In this document: positions 58,438 to 64,000 of the stretch, one piece after another
Layout: each line of letters begins with the position of its first letter
Position numbering within the stretch: position 1 is the first letter of the stretch
IMG/VR virus record: IMGVR_UViG_3300027733_000040
Span: 32,989-96,988 of that record
Strand: one strand, 5' to 3'
DNA: 64,000 bases
Origin: a virus
The notes under the pieces: model-generated
Told to the model about the DNA's origin: nothing
Seen by the model: only the letters and a program-made list of their open reading frames with translations
The model's database searches: none
Translations under genes and position numbers: made by a program

Positions 58438-60404
58438 CGCCAGAACAAGCTAAATTAGAAGTTATAAAACGTTGCCAAAAATCAGTCGCTTGGTTTTTGC
58501 GTAATTTCGGAAAAATAAAACACCCTTCAGCTGGTGTTATACCTTTTGATCCGTTTAAATACCAGCTGCATGCTCTAACATGTTTTCGAAAAAACCGCTT
58601 AAACATATTTAGAAAATGCCGGCAGGCGGGTGTCTCGAAAATATCTGGAGCATTCGCTCTATGGTTTGCCATGTTTAACGCTCATAAGACCATCTTAATA
58701 GTCTCCAGACGCAATGAAGATGCGATGTCTTTCTTGCGTGAGCACATATATTTTCTATTCAATAACTTGCCGCCGTGGATGCGTGAGATTTGGGCTCCGA
58801 CAAAGCAAAATGAGCACGAAGTGTTTTTTCCGAACGGTTCTAAGATACAATCGCTTACATCGCACCCAGAAGTTCTAAGGTCTCATGCGGCATCTTTAAA
58901 TATTATCGATGAGGCCGCGTTTATTCCAAATATGGATGTGTTATGGGCAGCAGGTTGGCCGACCTTACAGCACGGGGGTTCGGTTATTTGTATCAGCACT
59001 AGCAATGGTGTTGGTAATTGGTATTGGAGCGCATGGACAGACGCAGAAGCTGGAGTTAGTCCATTTAACCCCATCATCATTAATTGGTGGGATATGGACT
59101 GGTCTATAGAATATACAGATCCATTATCATTAGATAAAAAACGCATAGCGCCGAGGGATAATCTTCGCCCATGCTCAGGAAAGGCCGAGATTTCAAAATA
59201 TGGCCCTTATTGGTCTCCTTGGTTAGAAGAACAGTGGCAGGCTTTACAAGAACAAGGAGAAGGCTGGAAATTCGAACAGGAAGTTTTAGCTGCTTTTATC
59301 GGATCTGGTAACACCGTGCTAGATAAAAACGCACTCGCAGCAGTCGCTTTAACCATAAAGCCGCCAGTAGAAAAGGTAACTGGACTACAGACGTTTACTC
59401 ACCCCACAAACAATGTCGTAAGTGAGCTAGATTTTTCATTTATCGACCCAGACCAAGGATTCTGGATTTGGAATAAACCGATCAACCGCTCTCCTGAGAG
59501 ACGAAGAGGTAAGATCATTCTAGAGGAAAGCCGACCTGCCCACCGCTATGTGATGGGGGTTGACATTGCCACTGGTAAAGGTAGAGATTATAGCACCATT
59601 GAAGTATTTGATCTTGACACTAGAGAGCAAGCTGCTGAATTTATGGCAAGAGTATTACCGAGGGAATTAGCGAAGTATATCGATAGAATCGGACGATATT
59701 ATAATAATGCCCTTGCAGTTGTAGAGCGCAATAATGGTGGCGATATAATTATCGATGCTTTGCGTCACGACTATATGTATCCCAGACTATGGCGACGCAA
59801 GGATATAAATGATAAGCCTCAAGCGGGTGGAAGGAAACGCCGGCCAAGGGCTTTAAAGGTAGCACCATATGGCTATGCGACCACAGCTTCCAGCAAGCCG
59901 ACGATGAATAAGTTTCTAATCGACTATATTAGAGAGGATGATTCAGGTTATAGAGTATATTCTCAAAGGCTTCTTAAACAATTTCAGACTTATGTTCGTA
60001 AAAGAGACAAATCTGGGCGGGATACTTCTAAAACTGAGGCAGAAGATGGTGCAGGTAACTTCGACGATCTAGTAATTGCAACAGCACTTGCTTTTATTGG
60101 TACAAGTGATGCATTTATCGATGATGGTGGCATCGTTTCGCCAGCTAACCATAATACAGATTTTAGGTCGATGGTAGGCCCTACAATATTGACGGACGAA
60201 CAACGCGTAGTAGACCAGCAATCGTTTATCGAAAAGGGCGGTTCTGGCCTACTAATACCAATGAGCATGGAGCCGATCGATTTGCCTGAGATAGCAGCCC
60301 AGCGGGTTCTAGACCAATTTACTTATCAACTCGGAGCTATACCTTCTGTTGGGGGTAGACCTTTGGTAACTCCTCCAAAATTCTATAGACAGAAGAGAAA
60401 ATAA
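58434..60404 (+). CDS. terminase large subunit (gp17-like)
   Basis: YQ, KCRQAGVS (Walker A), IIDEAAF (Walker B), ISTSNG, MGVDIATG, VERNN, DDLVIA. Confidence 0.95.
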   Translation: MTPEQAKLEVIKRCQKSVAWFLRNFGKIKHPSAGVIPFDPFKYQLHALTCFRKNRLNIFRKCRQAGVSKISGAFALWFAMFNAHKTILIVSRRNEDAMSFLREHIYFLFNNLPPWMREIWAPTKQNEHEVFFPNGSKIQSLTSHPEVLRSHAASLNIIDEAAFIPNMDVLWAAGWPTLQHGGSVICISTSNGVGNWYWSAWTDAEAGVSPFNPIIINWWDMDWSIEYTDPLSLDKKRIAPRDNLRPCSGKAEISKYGPYWSPWLEEQWQALQEQGEGWKFEQEVLAAFIGSGNTVLDKNALAAVALTIKPPVEKVTGLQTFTHPTNNVVSELDFSFIDPDQGFWIWNKPINRSPERRRGKIILEESRPAHRYVMGVDIATGKGRDYSTIEVFDLDTREQAAEFMARVLPRELAKYIDRIGRYYNNALAVVERNNGGDIIIDALRHDYMYPRLWRRKDINDKPQAGGRKRRPRALKVAPYGYATTASSKPTMNKFLIDYIREDDSGYRVYSQRLLKQFQTYVRKRDKSGRDTSKTEAEDGAGNFDDLVIATALAFIGTSDAFIDDGGIVSPANHNTDFRSMVGPTILTDEQRVVDQQSFIEKGGSGLLIPMSMEPIDLPEIAAQRVLDQFTYQLGAIPSVGGRPLVTPPKFYRQKRK

Positions 60405-60522
60405 TATTATTTGCTAAATTGTATTATATGGAACGATTTAAAATTATTTAAGTCGTTATTAGTTCGGCTTTTAGGTCGTTTGGTAATTGTAAATATATTT
60501 ATTTTAGGGCTTGGAGCGGCAT

Positions 60523-63015
60523 ATGGCTAGCAATTGGTTAATATTCGATAGACTACGTGCCCTGACGAGGCAAAATAGAATATATCAGTCGGAAAGGATT
60601 TTTCAAGACCAAACAAACCTTGATAGATTAACATCCGGCGGTGATTTTCTCGATTTTAACCAGCAAGCTGCTATTCTTGACCAGACCAATCTTCAGATAA
60701 ATCGCCTAGAGAGATATAAAGACTATGAGCAGATGGATCAGACTGGCGAAATCAGTTTAGCTCTTGATCTATATGCAGATGAAGCCTGTTTAGTGGGTAG
60801 TACCCCGATTTTATTAGTTAATGGTTCAACTATTACGATCGAAAAGCTAGCCCAAGCCGGCAGCGAGCACGAATTTATAGTAATAGCTTATGACATCGAA
60901 AATCAGAAATTCGTTCCAGCTGTCGCTAAAGGCGCCAGAATTACTGGGACTGATGTCGATACTATTCGCGTGATCTTTGAAGACGGCACCATAATCACTA
61001 ACACTGCTGAACATCTATATTTAACTGAGACTGATGAATATATTCGTGCCTCCGAATTAAAGCCTGGGCAACGGATTCGTTCATTTACTATCATTAATGC
61101 CGACATCACTGGTGCACCTATAGATGCGCCGACTGAAGAAGACGGCGAAAAGGTGGTAAAAGCGATAGAAGATGCTGGTAAAGCCGATAAGGTATATGAC
61201 ATAGAGGTTCCTGAGCACCATAATTTTGCTGTAGGAACAGGCCCTAATTTTTTAATAGTACACAATAGTTTAGTCGATCCTGAGCGTAAGCATACACTAA
61301 TTATTAGAGCACGTTCAATCCGTTTGAAGCGAGAACTCGAAAGCCTATTCTATAACACTTTAAATTGGGATACACTTTGCCGGCCTACCATTAGGTATCT
61401 GTGCAAGTACGGCGATATGCCGTTTGAGATCACGCTTGACGCTGACCGGACATCGGTGGCGGCTCTTAAGTTTATGAATGTGTATAACTTCACAAGGATT
61501 GAGACCCGTTATGGTGATCTGATCGGCTTCTTTCACATGGACAGCATGTGGCCGAAACCCATATTTTTACATCCTTGGCAAGTGATGCATCTTCGATTGA
61601 CCAATTTTGAAAACTTTTATGCGCCCTACGGGAAATCGATCTTGGACGGCGGTAGGAAGGCATTTAAGCAATTGCGATTGATGGAAGATGCAGCTCTGAT
61701 CTATAGGATCACGAGAGCGCCAGAACGACGTAAGTTCATTATACCTGTCGGTATGATACCGCCCAAAGAAGTTCCTGAATATATGCAGATGATTGCGAGG
61801 AATTTTAAGAGGCAGAGGTTCTATAACCCTACCACTGGTTCTTTCGATGAACGATATAGTCCGCTAATCCAAGAGGATGATTATTTCTTACCGAAACGCA
61901 GTGACGGTACTGGTCCTGATGTCGAAATTCTTCAAGGCGGCGAGAACGTCGACAAAATAGCAGATATAGAATACTTCAAAAAGAAAATGGTAGCGCCCAT
62001 GAAAATTCCTTTTGCTAGAGTAGGCATCGGTGAAGGCGCTGGAGAGTCAAGCGAAAAATCTTTATCGCAGAGCCATAGCGAGTTCGCTAAAGCTGTTCAA
62101 TATATCCAAAGAGAAGTGGCGAATGGCTTAACGAAGGTCGCAATTGTCCATCTGGCTCTTAAAGGCTTCTCAGTAGAAGATCTAAAAGGATTCGAAATAG
62201 CACTCACCGCTACCAGTGCTATGGAAGAATTATATAGAATTGAATCTTGGAGAACGAGAGTCGGCGTAATGTCGGATCTTAAGGATCTTGGCTGGTTTCC
62301 TAAGGAATGGATAGTGACTCATTTTACTGATCTTACTCCCGACGAAATCCAAGAGCTTAAAGACTTAGAAATGTTAAGCAAGTCTCCAGAAAGCGAAGAA
62401 GGTGGCGAAGAAGGCGGCGGTGGCGGTGGCGGTGGCGGCGGTGGCGGTGGCGCTATGGGTGGATTAGAAGGTGCCGGCGATGCTCCTCCAGAAGGTGGTG
62501 CTCCTCCAGAGGGTGCTGAAGCCGGTGCTCCTCCAGGTGGTGCCGAAGCCGGTGCTCCTCCAGGTGGTGCTGAAGCTGGTGCTCCTCCGGGCGGTGCTGA
62601 TGCAGGGGGTTTACCGCCGCTTGGTGAGGGCGGCTTTGACGCCAAGGCTCACAAAAAGTTGATTAACGAAATGAAGCGCAAAGAAGTGTCTGGAAGGGTT
62701 AGAACATATTTAGAAAAGATACATGAGAGGCGCGGATTTAGTTATGACGATACTAAGACTTTAAATACTAAATATGAGTATTTAATTGAGTCGAAGGAAC
62801 TTGATGGTCTTTCTAGAAATCAGCCTACGCAAAAGACCAATACTATTCATGATCCTAACCAAGATCAGGAATTATTGGTAGAGTGGTCAGTCCCTAAAAT
62901 CATTAGAGATGAAGTAATTAAGGAGAATTATGACATACTGATGAGGGCTAAAGGGCAACCGATAGCTGAATCGCAGGGCGCTGATATCACAGAACATGAT
63001 TTACCAAAATCATGA
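60523..63015 (+). CDS. portal protein (gp20-like) containing a mini-intein
   Basis: ALDLYADE, YG.SILD..KQLRLMEDAALIYRITRAPERR, EDDYFLP, DIEYFKKK; GGAG RBS before ATG 60523. Confidence 0.93.
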   Translation: MASNWLIFDRLRALTRQNRIYQSERIFQDQTNLDRLTSGGDFLDFNQQAAILDQTNLQINRLERYKDYEQMDQTGEISLALDLYADEACLVGSTPILLVNGSTITIEKLAQAGSEHEFIVIAYDIENQKFVPAVAKGARITGTDVDTIRVIFEDGTIITNTAEHLYLTETDEYIRASELKPGQRIRSFTIINADITGAPIDAPTEEDGEKVVKAIEDAGKADKVYDIEVPEHHNFAVGTGPNFLIVHNSLVDPERKHTLIIRARSIRLKRELESLFYNTLNWDTLCRPTIRYLCKYGDMPFEITLDADRTSVAALKFMNVYNFTRIETRYGDLIGFFHMDSMWPKPIFLHPWQVMHLRLTNFENFYAPYGKSILDGGRKAFKQLRLMEDAALIYRITRAPERRKFIIPVGMIPPKEVPEYMQMIARNFKRQRFYNPTTGSFDERYSPLIQEDDYFLPKRSDGTGPDVEILQGGENVDKIADIEYFKKKMVAPMKIPFARVGIGEGAGESSEKSLSQSHSEFAKAVQYIQREVANGLTKVAIVHLALKGFSVEDLKGFEIALTATSAMEELYRIESWRTRVGVMSDLKDLGWFPKEWIVTHFTDLTPDEIQELKDLEMLSKSPESEEGGEEGGGGGGGGGGGGGAMGGLEGAGDAPPEGGAPPEGAEAGAPPGGAEAGAPPGGAEAGAPPGGADAGGLPPLGEGGFDAKAHKKLINEMKRKEVSGRVRTYLEKIHERRGFSYDDTKTLNTKYEYLIESKELDGLSRNQPTQKTNTIHDPNQDQELLVEWSVPKIIRDEVIKENYDILMRAKGQPIAESQGADITEHDLPKS
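60787..61266 (+). mobile_element. mini-intein (160 aa, no endonuclease) in portal
   Basis: starts CLVGSTPI, block B TAEH, block F VYDIEV..HHNF, ends IVHN followed by Ser. Confidence 0.92.
62413..62604 (+). repeat. poly-Gly (13 codons) plus four 27-bp tandem repeats encoding GAPP(E/G)GA(E/D)A
   Basis: units at 62497, 62524, 62551 and 62578 with consensus GGTGCTCCTCCAGGTGGTGCTGAAGCC. Confidence 0.9.
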
Positions 63016-63075
63016 AAATATACTTTTTAGCAAAAATTAATTATAACTTTTTCACCGTTTAATGGGAGTATTATT

Positions 63076-64000
63076 ATGGCTCAGAACCAGAACAAAGCGC
63101 TTAGTCCAATAAGAATGGATAGCCGAAAGTTCTTGGGAGCCCTTAACGATTCAGCTCAGGCTAAAGTAGCTTTTTTTGAATCAAAAGTTAAGGAACTAGG
63201 CAAAGCAACTAATAAAAACTGGCGCTTAGCTGCGCTTTATTCGAAAGACCTATACATCGAAGATGTGGGGTCTAATACCTTTTATATCGCAAAGCATCAT
63301 AAGTCCCATGGTGCGATCAATATCACCGATATTCACCCAATCTCTATAGTAGAAAGCCAGAAAGCAGGACTATTCGAAGAATCTTGCTTGCGTTTGGTAA
63401 ATGCTATCGAACGAAATGACCAAAAGGGTATGCAATCTACATTCGGACGCATGAAAGCTCAGCGCTTTACCGGCCGAGTCATCCCAGAATCTGGCATGGT
63501 TTGCAGTAAAGACGGTGTTGTGCGCCGTATTAAAGTTAGAACCCCAGAACAAATTAATGAAGATATCAAAAAGAAAATAGTGGCTTGTGTAGTAGAGTCC
63601 ATCTCTACAAGAGTGATAGTAGAAGACAATCACGCTATCGGCGGCCATTTCATCGACGGCGAACAATTTAATCTGCCAGTTTCTAAATGGGCGACCAAGA
63701 AGTTAACTGCAAAAACCATGCGTAAAGTAGCAATGGAAGCTTATCTGAGTCAAGGTTTTCAAGGACGTATCTATGATGTTGCCTCTTTAATTTCTGAAGG
63801 CAGTGTCGATAAAGCAGTTAATTTGGTAGCGCCATTTTTAGAAGAGTACGAAGAATTTACTCTCTTGAATAGGTCACAAACCAAAGAACTCATTTCAAAC
63901 GCTCTTGCAGCAAAAGCCATATTCAACCCACAGTTATGTGAAGATGTGGCCACGTTGTTTCATAAGACTAACTTGCGAGTAAATCGCAACAAGATTGTTA
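63076..64000 (+). CDS. partial CDS (MAQNQNKALSPIRMDSRKFL...), probable head morphogenesis protein; runs off the window
   Basis: GGGAG RBS; frame open to the window end; follows the portal; missing from the ORF track because it has no stop. Confidence 0.75.
   Translation, partial: MAQNQNKALSPIRMDSRKFLGALNDSAQAKVAFFESKVKELGKATNKNWRLAALYSKDLYIEDVGSNTFYIAKHHKSHGAINITDIHPISIVESQKAGLFEESCLRLVNAIERNDQKGMQSTFGRMKAQRFTGRVIPESGMVCSKDGVVRRIKVRTPEQINEDIKKKIVACVVESISTRVIVEDNHAIGGHFIDGEQFNLPVSKWATKKLTAKTMRKVAMEAYLSQGFQGRIYDVASLISEGSVDKAVNLVAPFLEEYEEFTLLNRSQTKELISNALAAKAIFNPQLCEDVATLFHKTNLRVNRNKIV

Noticed and set aside
60428-60451. Mini-ORF MERFKII between terL and portal
   Set aside because: Seven codons with no SD; not supportable, although a TGTATT motif precedes it.
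62413-62604. CRISPR array
   Set aside because: These are in-frame tandem coding repeats without spacers. No CRISPR array, tRNA or rRNA was recognised anywhere in the window by eye.
1-64000. Genome-wide TAG or TGA recoding
   Set aside because: Long genes are intact in code 11, and TAG ends many genes cleanly before the next start (e.g. 11767, 15079, 34260, 44759, 54343).
1-64000. Host assignment
   Set aside because: No diagnostic marker is visible without searches. B12-dependent RNR and ThyX are too widespread.

Overview
This window is a 64 kb segment of a large, AT-rich, T4-like (myovirus-type, probably jumbo) bacteriophage genome. It is densely coding and mostly on the + strand. The virion module includes neck, tail terminator, sheath, three tail-tube paralogs, chaperones, hub, tape measure, gp53/gp5/gp25/gp6-like baseplate proteins, terminase, and a portal carrying a mini-intein. 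Replication and nucleotide genes are interleaved with it: gp46/SbcC, primase, UvsW-like helicase, a PD-(D/E)xK exonuclease, ThyX, dUTPase, and a class II RNR with a LAGLIDADG intein. Sugar-modification genes are also present. The strongest signal is a coupled operon at 10.8-15.1 kb built around a PurZ-like (2-aminoadenine, Z-base) synthetase with GSTGKG and NFxNY motifs. No datZ, mazZ or dpoZ flanks it. Its neighbours are a nucleotide N-glycosidase/deoxyribosyltransferase, a DUF115-type transferase, and two TIM barrels (DeoC-like and xylose-isomerase-like) that have lost catalytic residues, which makes it a candidate alternative base-modification pathway. Other highlights are a phage-encoded NucS/EndoMS, three divergent sigma-like factors with large insertions (Cys-rich in two) plus two candidate promoter motifs, and a likely programmed +1 frameshift in the tail chaperone pair. 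All calls come from motifs recognised by eye. No database searches were run, and the host cannot be determined from this window.
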